From NCBI GenBank assembly GCA_963751345.1, contig CAVVUS010000018.1, positions 128,001-192,000 on the forward strand: a stretch of DNA of 64,000 nucleotides, given 5' to 3'. The first letter of the stretch is position 1, and each line of letters starts with the position of its first letter. Source of the DNA: an uncultured Chloroflexia bacterium (GTDB lineage: Bacteria > Chloroflexota > Anaerolineae > B4-G1 > SLSP01). The position numbers and the translations under genes are program-made. This document shows positions 34,375 through 44,700 of this stretch, in pieces. The notes under the pieces are model-generated. The model ran no database searches. It had not been told where the DNA came from and saw nothing but the letters and a program-made list of their open reading frames with translations.

Positions 34375-35203
34375 GCGAGAATCCAAACCAGTCGGCGAGG
34401 AAACGGGCAACGCCGTCATCCTCACAGGCGCCCGCCGTCTTCCACGCCAGCGCCTTGACCTCGGGTCGTGCATCGTCCACCGCTACCGTGTAGGGAAACG
34501 TCTCGAAGACCGGGATGTCGTTGAGGCTGTCGCCGAAGTAGAGTACCTCGTCGGCCTCAACACCGAGGCTCCGCGCCAGGGCCACCAGGCTCAGATCCTT
34601 GCGTGCTTCAGGGTGGTTGACCTCCACCCAGGTGTGATGGCCAGGCTGGTAGACGACGTAGGCTCGATCCCCCACCGCGTCCCGGAGCGGCGGGAAAAGC
34701 GCTGCCCCTCGCTCGCGTTTCTCGCAGACCGAGATCTGTGCCGGTCGGACGGCGAAGAGCTCTGTGACCGTCTCTACGCTTATGTAGGGCTGGTAGGGAC
34801 GTTCGGCAATGAGGACCCTCACTTCCGCCATACTTTCCTCGTGCCCGGGCAGATAGCGTGTAATCTGATCCTCACCGTAGACGAGTGGTACGTAGCCGCG
34901 ATCGACAATCAGCTCCACGGCCTCTCGGGCCACGTGGGGATCGACGAAGCGCCCCGGGACCGGCTTCCCCTCCTTCAGGGTGAAGATGCCGTTCAGACAG
35001 ACTGCGTGTGCCCAGGGCCCAACCGCGTTGACGAGGCGCCGGGTCACCCAGGGGTTGAGGCCCGTGACAAAGGCAAACGCGACGTCGTACGATCGGAGGC
35101 GCCCCAGTGCACGCAGCGTTCGTGGCGTAAGCGCGCGTGCGGGCATGAGCAGCGTGCCGTCGATGTCACTGGCGACGAGTCGAATGGAAGGCTTGCCGTT
35201 CAT
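34367..35203 (-). CDS. Cof-type HAD-IIB hydrolase
   Basis: ASDIDGTLL, FVTG, FGDSLND, DDGVARFL. Confidence 0.9.
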   Translation of the reverse strand: MNGKPSIRLVASDIDGTLLMPARALTPRTLRALGRLRSYDVAFAFVTGLNPWVTRRLVNAVGPWAHAVCLNGIFTLKEGKPVPGRFVDPHVAREAVELIVDRGYVPLVYGEDQITRYLPGHEESMAEVRVLIAERPYQPYISVETVTELFAVRPAQISVCEKRERGAALFPPLRDAVGDRAYVVYQPGHHTWVEVNHPEARKDLSLVALARSLGVEADEVLYFGDSLNDIPVFETFPYTVAVDDARPEVKALAWKTAGACEDDGVARFLADWFGFSLD

Positions 35204-35208
35204 CGAGT

Positions 35209-36048
35209 CTATCGCTTGAGACGATCGAAAAGCGTGTCGAGGGTGAGCTTCGGAGCGGTGCTCTGTACCGCGGCGATGCGCTCGTTGTAGGCGGGACGAT
35301 CGGAGTCGCGATAGAAGATTCCGAGGTACTGGATGTCGGTGTCCAGCGCGAGCGCCATCGCGCCCAGGCGGTCGCTCTGGTCATGGTCCGCGGGGAGCGG
35401 CGCGGTGATCTCGCGGTAGTGCGCGTAGGTGTCATAGTAGGTGACGCACGGGCTCAACACCTGGATGAGGGAAAAGCCGGGATGCTGCAGGGCTTGCACC
35501 AGGACCTCGGTCATCTCCTTGACCTTGCCCGAGAAACATCGCGCGACAAAGGAGATGTTGTAGCTGAGGGACATCAGCAGCGGGTTGAGAGGCTGCTCCT
35601 GGGCGCCGTAAGGCGCGGCCTTGCTGATCATGCCCTGTGGGCTGGTGGGCGATGGCTGGCCCTTGGTCATGCCGTAGATACTGTTGTCCATCACGATATA
35701 GGTGATGTCGACGTTGCGCCGCGCGGCGTGGGGAATGTGGCCTCCGCCGATGCTGAAACCGTCACCATCGCCGCCCACGGCAATGACGGTCGTCTCGGGG
35801 CGGCCGAGTTTGATGCCGGTGGCGAGAGGAAGCACTCGACCGTGGATTCCGTGGATGCCATAGGTCTTGAGGAAAGCCGGGAAACGGCTGGAGCATCCGA
35901 TGCCGGAGGCAATGGTGATGTTCTCTCTAACCAGATCGAGCTGTGCGAAGGCCCGGGTGAGGGCGCTCAGGACGGCGTAATCCCCGCAGCCGGGACACCA
36001 GATGGGCTTGACGTCGCTGCGATAACCCGACGCATTGAGATTAGTCAT
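35209..36048 (-). CDS. korB: 2-oxoacid:ferredoxin oxidoreductase beta subunit
   Basis: WCPGCGD, SGIGCS, HGR, GGDGD TPP motif, DNSIYGMTKGQ, SPCVTY. Confidence 0.93.
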   Translation of the reverse strand: MTNLNASGYRSDVKPIWCPGCGDYAVLSALTRAFAQLDLVRENITIASGIGCSSRFPAFLKTYGIHGIHGRVLPLATGIKLGRPETTVIAVGGDGDGFSIGGGHIPHAARRNVDITYIVMDNSIYGMTKGQPSPTSPQGMISKAAPYGAQEQPLNPLLMSLSYNISFVARCFSGKVKEMTEVLVQALQHPGFSLIQVLSPCVTYYDTYAHYREITAPLPADHDQSDRLGAMALALDTDIQYLGIFYRDSDRPAYNERIAAVQSTAPKLTLDTLFDRLKR

Positions 36049-37906
36049 GGCAACTTCCCCCGTCCCACCCGCTGGGATTGGCTTCCCTAAGTTTGCGGAC
36101 GGTGTTAAAGATGGTGGCCAGGTCTCCGTGAGCCTTGTCCCACAGAAGGCGCTCCTGGTCGATCATAAACATCGCTGAATCGAAGATCTCGCGGATCTTA
36201 AAGGGCACTCCCTGTTCTTTCGTACTCTGGTAGATGTGGACGTTGCGCTCGTCGAGATCTTTGTAGTAGCGGTGTTCAACCATGCGGCCGAATTGGCCGG
36301 AATAGTTGAGCTCGGGCACGAGGATCGCGCGCTTCGTAGCAATAAAGTCCTTGATGGCCTGATCGGGCATCGGCAGGAGCGTATGGGGATAGATCGCCTC
36401 AATCGGAATGCCCTGGGCCTGAATGTGATACATCGCCTCACGGACGGCGCCGCGGGTGCTCCCCCAGCCCATGATCCCAAACGGTGCACCGCGATCTCCC
36501 CAGCGACGCGAGGCCATACGCCAGTCGGCCAACATCCGGCGGGCTGTCTCAACCTTGTTCGCGCGCTTATGCATCATACGCTCGTGGTTCGCGGGGGTCT
36601 GGTCAGGATGGCCGTACGCGTTATGCTCGAGACTTTCGGCTAGGTACATCCCGCCTGGCATCCCCGGGTGGGCCATCGGCGAAATGCCGCTCTCCGTGTA
36701 GGCATAGCGCCGGTAGTCGCCTGTAAGGTCCTCGGGAGTTGGACTGAGGCGTTCGAGCGGGCCATTCCAGGGGAGTCCGGGAACCGGTGCGGTCTCCTGG
36801 CGTGAGGCCATCGATTGGTCCGAGAGCACGATGACGGGCATCTGGTAGCGCTCGGCAAGGCTGAAAGCATAGATCATCTGGAAGTAGGTGTCCTTGACCG
36901 AGTCAGGGGCGAGGACGAAGCGCGGGGCGTCACCGTGGCCGCCATAGAGAGCGAGAAAAAGGTCGCCCTGGGAGCTCTTGGTCGGCAGGCCGGTGGAGGG
37001 CCCGGCACGCTGGACGTTGATGATCACGAGGGGAATCTCGGCCATACTTGCCAGACCCAGGCCTTCGACCATGAGGGAGAGGCCGGGGCCGGAGGTGGCG
37101 GTCATCGCGAGGCTCCCGGCGAAGGATGCGCCGATGGCCATATTGATGGCTGCGATCTCGTCCTCCACCTGCACGAGGGTGCCGCCGAAGGGAGGCAGAT
37201 AGCGGGCCATCGATTCCATCACCGGCGTGGCCGGTGTGATGGGGTAGCCGGCGTAGAAGGTGCATCCGCCGACCAGCGAACCCAGGGCCATCGCATCGGC
37301 TCCGGTGAGCAAGACGCGTTCCTCGGTCCCGTCAGGGATGGGCAGCATGAAGGGAAAGGGTTCGGGGTAGGTCTCCCGGGCAAAGACGTAGCCGCGCCGG
37401 ACGGCTTCAAGGTTCTTTTCCAGGGATTCGGCGTGACGTTGCATGCGGCGGCGGACGGTCCGCTCGGCCACATCGAGGTCAAGTCGGAAGAACCAAATCA
37501 GCGCGCCGAGAAAGACGAAATTCTTACCCAGCGGCCAGTCCAGCTCCTGGGTAATGGCGTCGATGGCGATAGGGTAGTGGGGGTGCTGATCGGTCGGGAT
37601 AGTGATGCCCGCTCCATAGATCACGGCGGCGTGTGCGCAGAGGTCGTCGTGTTCATCGATCCAGGCTTGCTCATTCATCGCGACGAGGACATTGGCCTCG
37701 TCGCCCTCGGTCATCACGCGTCGAAGCCCGAGGCGAGTCTGGTACATGACCTGGCCGCCACGGATCTCGGCGGGATAGGTGCGAAAGCTGTAGATCTCCA
37801 GGCCGGAAGTGGCGGCGATGTCGGTGAACAGATCGCCCAGGGTGATCGTGCCCTCACCCCCCTCTCCGCCTACACGTACGACGACCGTCGGATCGACTGC
37901 TTGCAT
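36041..37906 (-). CDS. korA: 2-oxoacid:ferredoxin oxidoreductase alpha subunit (gamma-alpha fusion)
   Basis: GGEGGEG, YPAEIRGG, AGYPITPAT, EDEIAA, TSGPG, QRAGPSTGLPT; AAGGAG RBS. Confidence 0.93.
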   Translation of the reverse strand: MQAVDPTVVVRVGGEGGEGTITLGDLFTDIAATSGLEIYSFRTYPAEIRGGQVMYQTRLGLRRVMTEGDEANVLVAMNEQAWIDEHDDLCAHAAVIYGAGITIPTDQHPHYPIAIDAITQELDWPLGKNFVFLGALIWFFRLDLDVAERTVRRRMQRHAESLEKNLEAVRRGYVFARETYPEPFPFMLPIPDGTEERVLLTGADAMALGSLVGGCTFYAGYPITPATPVMESMARYLPPFGGTLVQVEDEIAAINMAIGASFAGSLAMTATSGPGLSLMVEGLGLASMAEIPLVIINVQRAGPSTGLPTKSSQGDLFLALYGGHGDAPRFVLAPDSVKDTYFQMIYAFSLAERYQMPVIVLSDQSMASRQETAPVPGLPWNGPLERLSPTPEDLTGDYRRYAYTESGISPMAHPGMPGGMYLAESLEHNAYGHPDQTPANHERMMHKRANKVETARRMLADWRMASRRWGDRGAPFGIMGWGSTRGAVREAMYHIQAQGIPIEAIYPHTLLPMPDQAIKDFIATKRAILVPELNYSGQFGRMVEHRYYKDLDERNVHIYQSTKEQGVPFKIREIFDSAMFMIDQERLLWDKAHGDLATIFNTVRKLREANPSGWDGGSCHD

Positions 37907-37936
37907 AGATGCACTCCTTATTCGACGTGCTCCACC

Positions 37937-38048
37937 GGAGAGACGGGGCACCGCCCCGTCTCTACACGATACCTCTCCGCGTAGAGACGCGCCGATGGGG
38001 CGTTTCTGCGCCTCGTAGGGCGGTAACGGGGCGCCGCCCCGTCTCTAC
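37937..38048. repeat. cluster of three GTAG-type REP palindromes
   Basis: GGAGAGACGGGGC-ACC-GCCCCGTCTCTAC (37937-65), GTAGAGACGCGCC-GAT-GGGGCGTTTCTGC (37981-38009), ACGGGGCGCCGCCCCGTCTCTAC (38026-48). Confidence 0.8.
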
Positions 38049-38067
38049 GAGATGAGTCGCGTCTCAG

Positions 38068-38829
38068 TTACTCCTCATCGTGGGCACTGACGACGGCGGT
38101 GACCTGACCGTCGCCCCACATTTCGACCTGGCCCTGTGGCCCGAGCGCCAGGGCGGTGGCATCGGGGATTCCCAGACCCAGGAGCGTGCGTAGCACGGGA
38201 GGTACGTTTGCTCCTTCTTGGGCTGTCCCGTCCGCGCCGCCGGCGCCCAGTCCGGAGTCGATGTGCGGAAGGGCCCGAAGGACCGGTGATTCCTCGGTAC
38301 CTCGAAAGTGAGGTGCTATGACGGCGTTCATCACGAAGCCCAGGCCCATGGCTTGTTGGTAGGGTGGGCGAGGGGTAAAGACCCAGCGACCCAGCGCTGC
38401 AGCACCCGCTCCGGACCCAATGAGGGTGAGTCCCTGCAGGGTACTGAACCCCTCAATGATCTTGGCCAGCGCGGCGGTATTGTGGAGATTATTGACCAGC
38501 GGAACGGGATTCTCGCCGCCGAGGTAGAGGATGCCCGCTTCTTCCAGCAGCGCAAGGAAGCTGGCTGCCTGAAGCTGGTCGCGGGTCACCATAGGCAGGG
38601 AGAGCGCCACGCCCCCCGGCCCTCCCAGGCTGGTGTAATGATCTATAAGATCGTCTGCGTCGGTGGTGCTGCCTTCGGCCAGCAGTGCAACCATCGGGCG
38701 GTCGAGGTTAGCCAAGCTGAGCAGTTGGGCATCTACGTGTTCGGTCTCCCCGCGGCGCCAGTCTCCGCCCCCGAGGAGCACGAGCCAACCTTCGCCGTCG
38801 AGCCAGAGCAGCGGACCCTGTTGCGGCAT
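38068..38829 (-). CDS. peptidase S51 / cyanophycinase-like protein
   Basis: LVLLGGG, AGILYLGGENP, IGSGAGA, VIAPHF, GLGIPDATAL, VEMWGDGQV. Confidence 0.7.
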   Translation of the reverse strand: MPQQGPLLWLDGEGWLVLLGGGDWRRGETEHVDAQLLSLANLDRPMVALLAEGSTTDADDLIDHYTSLGGPGGVALSLPMVTRDQLQAASFLALLEEAGILYLGGENPVPLVNNLHNTAALAKIIEGFSTLQGLTLIGSGAGAAALGRWVFTPRPPYQQAMGLGFVMNAVIAPHFRGTEESPVLRALPHIDSGLGAGGADGTAQEGANVPPVLRTLLGLGIPDATALALGPQGQVEMWGDGQVTAVVSAHDEE

Positions 38830-38836
38830 CGCAGGA

Positions 38837-40015
38837 TCAGGCCTCCCCCAAGGGCATCAGGCGTCTGAGTGACTCGACGATCGTGCCCACACCGTTGATC
38901 ATCGCGCGCTCGTCGATGGCGAAGCGCGGGCTGTGGTGCGGGCGGTCCTTGTAGTCCTCTGGACCCGATCCGACGAAGACATAGCAGCCCGGCACCTCCT
39001 GCAGGAAGAAGGAGGCGTCCTCGCTGCCCATCGTGCGATTCTCGACGTCCAGCGTCTCCTTCCCAAAGAGATCGACCACGACATCCTGGACGAGGGCGGT
39101 GACGGTTGGGTCGTTGACCAGGGCCGGTGTCAGTGGTTTGAGATCCATCTTTGCCTTCGCGCCCATAAGTTCAGCCGTCCCGTGGACCACAGCTTCGAGT
39201 CGCTGCAGGACGTGCTCGCGGACCTTGGCGTCGTAGGTGCGCACCGTGCCGCCCACCCTGGCCGTGTCCGGGATGACGTTGAAGGCCGCGCCGGCCTGGA
39301 TCGAGCAGACGCTGACGACGGCGGTATCAAGCGCTGCGACGTTACGGCTCACCACGGTCTGCAGGTTGGTGATCATCATAGCTGCGGTGATCACCGGGTC
39401 TATCGTCTCCTGGGGAAGCGCGCCGTGGCCGCCCTTGCCGGTGATGACGATCTCGAAAGCCTCGGCGGCTGCCATTACAGGCCCCGGCACGGCAGAGATT
39501 CTGCCAAAGGGGAAGTGGTTCCATACGTGGAGCGCGAGCGCGGCCTCTGGACGCGGGTCGTCCAGGGCGCCCTCGCGGATCATCACGTCGGCGCCGTTCT
39601 GCCCTTCCTCGCCCGGCTGGAAGATGAGTTTGAGAGTACCCTTCCAGGTATCTCGGTGCTCGGCCATCAACTTGGCGATGCCCAGGCCCATTGCGATGTG
39701 GGCGTCGTGGCCGCACGCGTGCATTCGCCCGGGGATCTCGGAGAGAAAGGCGATATCGTTTTCCTCCTGAACCGGCAGGGCGTCCATATCGACGCGGTTC
39801 ATTACGACCGGCCCCTTACCGTTCTCCAAGACGGCGACGATGCCGGCCTTGGCGATGCCTTCCTGCACGGTGTAGCCGAAATCGCGAAGGTTCGTGGCGA
39901 CGATCCCCGCGGTACGATACGTCTCGAGCCCCAGTTCGGGGTGCTTGTGGAAGTCGCGGCGCCACGCGACGAGTTGGTCGAAGATGCGGGTAGCTTGGTC
40001 GAGCGCGTTCATCAT
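38837..40015 (-). CDS. M20D amidohydrolase
   Basis: RRDFHKHPEL, RVDMDALP, MHACGHDAH, FQPGEEG, GKGGHGA, SEDAS, HHSPRF. Confidence 0.94.
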   Translation of the reverse strand: MMNALDQATRIFDQLVAWRRDFHKHPELGLETYRTAGIVATNLRDFGYTVQEGIAKAGIVAVLENGKGPVVMNRVDMDALPVQEENDIAFLSEIPGRMHACGHDAHIAMGLGIAKLMAEHRDTWKGTLKLIFQPGEEGQNGADVMIREGALDDPRPEAALALHVWNHFPFGRISAVPGPVMAAAEAFEIVITGKGGHGALPQETIDPVITAAMMITNLQTVVSRNVAALDTAVVSVCSIQAGAAFNVIPDTARVGGTVRTYDAKVREHVLQRLEAVVHGTAELMGAKAKMDLKPLTPALVNDPTVTALVQDVVVDLFGKETLDVENRTMGSEDASFFLQEVPGCYVFVGSGPEDYKDRPHHSPRFAIDERAMINGVGTIVESLRRLMPLGEA

Positions 40016-40098
40016 CTCTCCTTCAGACTGACACTTTCTTTAGTGTAACCACGCCGGATGACTCCAGCAAGTACGGATTGTACCTCAGAGATAAGAAA

Positions 40099-40130
40099 AT
40101 CCTCCCAAGACCTTGAAGTCCTGGGAGGAT
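40099..40130. terminator. hairpin downstream of the M32 gene
   Basis: ATCCTCCCA-AGAC..GTCC-TGGGAGGAT, followed by TTTCTT on the minus strand. Confidence 0.5.
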
Positions 40131-40149
40131 GATGGGTGTCGCGTGGAAT

Positions 40150-40200
40150 ACCTTTGGGGTCAAGCCCGAGTCTGCTCGGGCCGGAAACCCCAAGGGTTTC
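40150..40200. repeat. composite palindromic (REP-like) element, intergenic copy
   Basis: ACCTTTGGGGT / ACCCCAAGGGT arms around GCCCGAG-TCTG-CTCGGGCC. Confidence 0.65.
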
Positions 40201-40206
40201 GGTCGC

Positions 40207-41712
40207 CTACAGCTCGTACAGGGCCGTGTACTTCTCTCTGAGGTAGTTCAGCAACGGTTGCGCACTGATCTGGGTCTTGAACTCGCGTTCCATCAGCTCC
40301 GGTGCCGTGAACTTGCGCCCGTGCTTGTGGACGCGCTCGCGGAGCCACGCCAGTAGGGGCGCGAACGCGGCCTGTGCAAAGCCCTCCTCGAGACCGGGCA
40401 GATCCCTCTTGGCCTGATCGTAGATCTGGGCCGACATCAGGTTGCCCAGTGTGTAGGTGGGAAAGTAACCGAGGGTGCCGTGAGACCAATGGATATCCTG
40501 AAGACAGCCTTGGGCGTCGTTGGCCGGCGCAATACCCAAGTATTGCTCGTACCTGGCGTTCCAGGCCTCGGGTACGTCTGAGACCTTGAGGTCGCCCGTG
40601 AGCAGCGCTTTCTCGAGTTCGAAGCGGACGAAGATGTGCAGATTATAGGTGACTTCGTCGGCCTCCACGCGAATCAGGCTAGGTCGGACCTTGTTGACCG
40701 CACGGTGAAACCTTTCCATCGAGACATCGCCAAGCTGCTCGGGGAAGAAGGCCTGCAGGATAGGATAATAGTGGGACCAGAAAGGAACGCTCCGCGCAAC
40801 CTGATTCTCCCAGAGGCGGGACTGCGATTCGTGGAGGCCCAGGGTTGCCCCCCCGGCCAGCGGGCTGCGCTCGAACTTGTCGGGGCTGCCTAGTTCGTAG
40901 AGCGCATGGCCGCCCTCGTGAGCGCTGCTGAAGATGGCGGACTGGGGATTGTTGTCGTGGAGGCGTGTGGTCACCCGGACGTCGCGGTTGCCGAACTCAG
41001 TGGTGAAAGGATGCGGGGCCTTATCCTGGCGACCACGTTTGAAGTCGTAGCCGATCCCGCGCAGCAGCAACATGGTGAAGTCCCACTGTCGCTGCCGGTC
41101 GAACCGCTGATCGGTCAGGAAGCCGTCGTCAACCTCGGGCTTCGCAGCAATCTCGCGCACGAGCGGCACCAGGCCGGCCTTGAGGTCGCTGAAGAGAGAC
41201 TCGACTTGCGCTGTCGTCATCCCCGTCTCAAACTGGTCCAATAGTGCGTCGTAGGGGTGATCCTTATAGCCGAGATAGCCCGCTTTCTCGATCTGGATGT
41301 CGACCAGTTCCTGGAGATGTGGCTCAAACGTGGGGTAATCATCCGCCTCCCGCGCCTTGCGCCAGGCCACAAACCCTTGTGATGCGGCTTTGCTCTCCCG
41401 TATCACCAACGATGTCGGGATCTTTGTCTGCTCGTCGAAGATTCGCCGGCTTATGCGTACCAGGCTGGCCTCATCGCTGTCGTAATCCATCCCAGCCACA
41501 GCGTCCTCGGCGGTCCGCAGCAGCTCAGCGGTCTCATTCGACGTGAGCAGCTCGTGGGCCATGGAACTCAGGGTGGCTAGTTGGTTCGAGCGAGGGCCAA
41601 TGCCTTCCTCGGGCATATTGACCTCCTGGTCCCAACCAAGCACGCCGGCCGCGTGATTGAGATCCACGATCTTAGCCAGGTGCTGCTTGAGCGTTTCAAC
41701 TTGTTCTACCAT
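40207..41712 (-). CDS. carboxypeptidase M32 (Taq-like)
   Basis: LGWDQE, HPFT, HEGGHALYE, HESQSRLWEN, IRVEADE, GCLQDIHW, GYFPTY. Confidence 0.95.
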   Translation of the reverse strand: MVEQVETLKQHLAKIVDLNHAAGVLGWDQEVNMPEEGIGPRSNQLATLSSMAHELLTSNETAELLRTAEDAVAGMDYDSDEASLVRISRRIFDEQTKIPTSLVIRESKAASQGFVAWRKAREADDYPTFEPHLQELVDIQIEKAGYLGYKDHPYDALLDQFETGMTTAQVESLFSDLKAGLVPLVREIAAKPEVDDGFLTDQRFDRQRQWDFTMLLLRGIGYDFKRGRQDKAPHPFTTEFGNRDVRVTTRLHDNNPQSAIFSSAHEGGHALYELGSPDKFERSPLAGGATLGLHESQSRLWENQVARSVPFWSHYYPILQAFFPEQLGDVSMERFHRAVNKVRPSLIRVEADEVTYNLHIFVRFELEKALLTGDLKVSDVPEAWNARYEQYLGIAPANDAQGCLQDIHWSHGTLGYFPTYTLGNLMSAQIYDQAKRDLPGLEEGFAQAAFAPLLAWLRERVHKHGRKFTAPELMEREFKTQISAQPLLNYLREKYTALYEL

Positions 41713-41737
41713 TTGGATTCCTTTCGCAATGGGTGTC

Positions 41738-44700
41738 TCAGGATGAGCGCCGGACAGCAAGGGCGATGGCGTAGCCGTCGACCTCATCCTCCAGGGTGGC
41801 GTCGCCCGCAGGGGCTGCGACGGCAACCATCTCGTCGGCCAGAACTTCGTCCGCGATCCCGCTCCTGTAGACGTCGATGGCCTCGGCTAACTTGCCCTCG
41901 GCTTTGAACTCGACCCTGACGCGATCGGTCAAGTCATAGTCTGCCTGTTTTCGCAACTCCTGGACGCGGCGCACGACCTCACGTGCCAGCCCTTCGAGCT
42001 CCAACTCGGGCGTGATCTGGGTATCCAGGGCGACGACCAGTCCACCCTCGCCCGCCACGCCAAAGCCCTCGCGAGCCTGCGTCTGGACCAGCACCTCCTC
42101 CGGCGCCAGTGAGATCTCGCTGCCATCGGCCAGGGTCAGGTCGAGGGGATTTCCTGCGTGGAGGGTGGCTACGGCTTTGCCGGCCTCGACCTCGGTCAGC
42201 GCCTTGCGAATCATGGGGAATTGCTGGCCGTACTTTGGGCCCAGCACACGGTTCACGGGAAGGAGGCGATAGGTGACCAGTTCGCCCTCTTGCGCAACAA
42301 AGGTCACCGTCTTCACGTTGAGCTCGTCGGCGAGCAGGTCCAGCAACTGCGTCAGTTCCTCGCGGTGGCGTGGGTCGGTGGCGATCAGGGCCTGTGAGAG
42401 TGGCTGGCGGACCTTCAGGTTATTGGACGATCGGACCGAATGCCCCAGCGTCGCGGCCTGCCGCACCGTGCCCATCGCGTCAACGAGTGTCTGCTCCGAC
42501 TCACTCAGCGGCTCTGCGGTGGGCCACATACAATGGTGGACGCTCTCGGGTGCTGAGCTGTCCACGCTGCGGACCAGATTCGTGTAGATTGCCTCCGGTA
42601 TGAAGGGTAGGACCGGCGCGAGCACCTTGGCCAGCGTGACCAGCACCGTATAGAGCGTCTGGTAAGCCGCGGCCTTGTCGGCGTCGGAGGTCGGACTCTC
42701 GCCGCGTGCGGCCCAGAAGCGCCGCCGGCTCCGCCGGATGTACCAGTTGCTCAGATCGTCGAGGAAGGCCTCGGCGGGCTGGGCGATCTGGAGCGGGACG
42801 TAGGCTTCGTATCCTGCCGTCATCTCGGCGATGCGTCTCCCGCAGCCGTGCGATAATCCAGCGGTCCAGGACTGTCGGCTCGACGTCGCCCGTCCACGGC
42901 TCGTCCACGTGCGGATGTCCCTCCTCGAACCGGGCCGGATTGTCCAGGAGACTTGCGGGCGGCGTCCAATCGTCGATCCCCGCGTAGGTCACGAAGAACG
43001 CGTAGACGTTCCACAGCGGGATGATGAAGCGGCGCCGGGTCTCGTCGGCCCCTGTGTAGCCGAAGAGCAGGTTCTGGTCGAGCTTTTGGTTGACGAACAA
43101 CCAGCGCATCGTGTCGACGCCCATCGTCTCCGCCGCGTCGTCGAACCAGATGGCGTTGCCCCACGATTTGTGCATCGGGCGGCCATCCTCGGCGTAGAGC
43201 GTCGAGTAGCCGTGGACGATCTTGGTCGGCGGGAGGTTCTCGAAGACGGTGCTCATCGTGATCAGGCTGTAGAACCAGTTGCGGAACTGGCCTGGGAAGG
43301 ACTCGCTGATCCAGTCGGCGGGCACCCACTGCTCCCAATAGTCGTGGTCCGAGCGGTAGCGGATGGTCGAGTAGGCCACGCTGCCGGCGTCAAGCCAAGG
43401 GTTGCCGACGTCCTGGATGCGCGTCATCGTGCCGCCGCACTTCGGGACATGCGATCTTGACCGCGTCGACGTAGGGTCTGTGGGGAGTATGCCCCTCCAG
43501 GACCTCCCACCCCTCGACCGCGCGCTCGCGCAGCTCCTCCTCACCCCCGATCACCTCGAAGTGAGCGCAGCCCGGGGCGTCGCAGACCCAGATCGGGAGC
43601 GCGAGACCCCAGTAGCGCTTCTTGGAGATCATCCAGTCCTGCATGTTACGCAGCCAGTCCATCTCGCGGGCGTAGCCGAACTCGGGGATCCACTTGATCT
43701 CATCCACGACGTCCATGATCTGGTAGCGTAGGCTGGCGGCTTTCTCCGCCTCGGTGACCTCCTCACGGGGCTTGTCGTACAGCTTGCCCATGTTGATGAA
43801 CCACTCATCCACCAGGCGGAAAACCAGGGGCGTCTCGCACCGCCAGCAGACCGGATAGCGGTGGGTATAGGCGTCGACGCGGTAGAGGCGACCCTTATCC
43901 TCCAGCGCGTGGAAGATGTCGTGGGCGACGTCGTTGACGTCGCGGCCGGTGAGCCATCCGAATCCCTCGCGGAAGATGCCGTTTTCCTGCAGCGGCGCGA
44001 TGGCGGGCAGGTCGTAGATCTCGCCCAGTTCGAAGTCCTCGGCGCCACAGCCCGGCGCGATGTGCACGATGCCGGTACCTTCCTCCTCGCCGACCGCGTC
44101 CCAGGGGATGATGCGGTGGTAGCTGGGTACGTTGCGCTCCTGGATGATGGGCAGGTCGTCGAAAGGGCCGTCGTAGGTCCAGCCGAGCATCTCCTCGCCC
44201 TTGAGCCGTCCGAGCACCTCGTACGGCCCCTTGATCACCTGGGGAAGGGTACCCTCGGCTAAGTAGTAAGTCCAGCCATCGTCGGCCTTGACCTTGACGT
44301 AGGTCAGCTCCGGACCCACAGCTGCGGCGACGTTGCTGGAGAGGGTCCAGGGGGTGGTGGTCCAGACCAGCAGCGCTTCCTTTTCCCGGTCGCGCAACGG
44401 GAAGCGTATCACCGGCGCGTCGTGGGTCAGCTCGCGATAGCCGTCGGTGACGATCTCGTGCTGGCTGATCCCGGTCTCGCAGCGCGGGCACCAGGGCATC
44501 ACGTCGTGGCCCTTGTAGAGCCAGCCCTTCTCCCACACGCGCTTGAGGAAGGTCCAGATGGTGTAGTTGTTCTCGGTGGCGAAGGTGAAGTAGGAGCCGC
44601 CGAGCTCGGGCATGCCCAGCATCCCCACGAGTTTCTCGACCGTGCCGGTCACCGGGCCCCGTGGACCCTGGACCGTGATCTCCTGCTGAGCATCCTCCAG

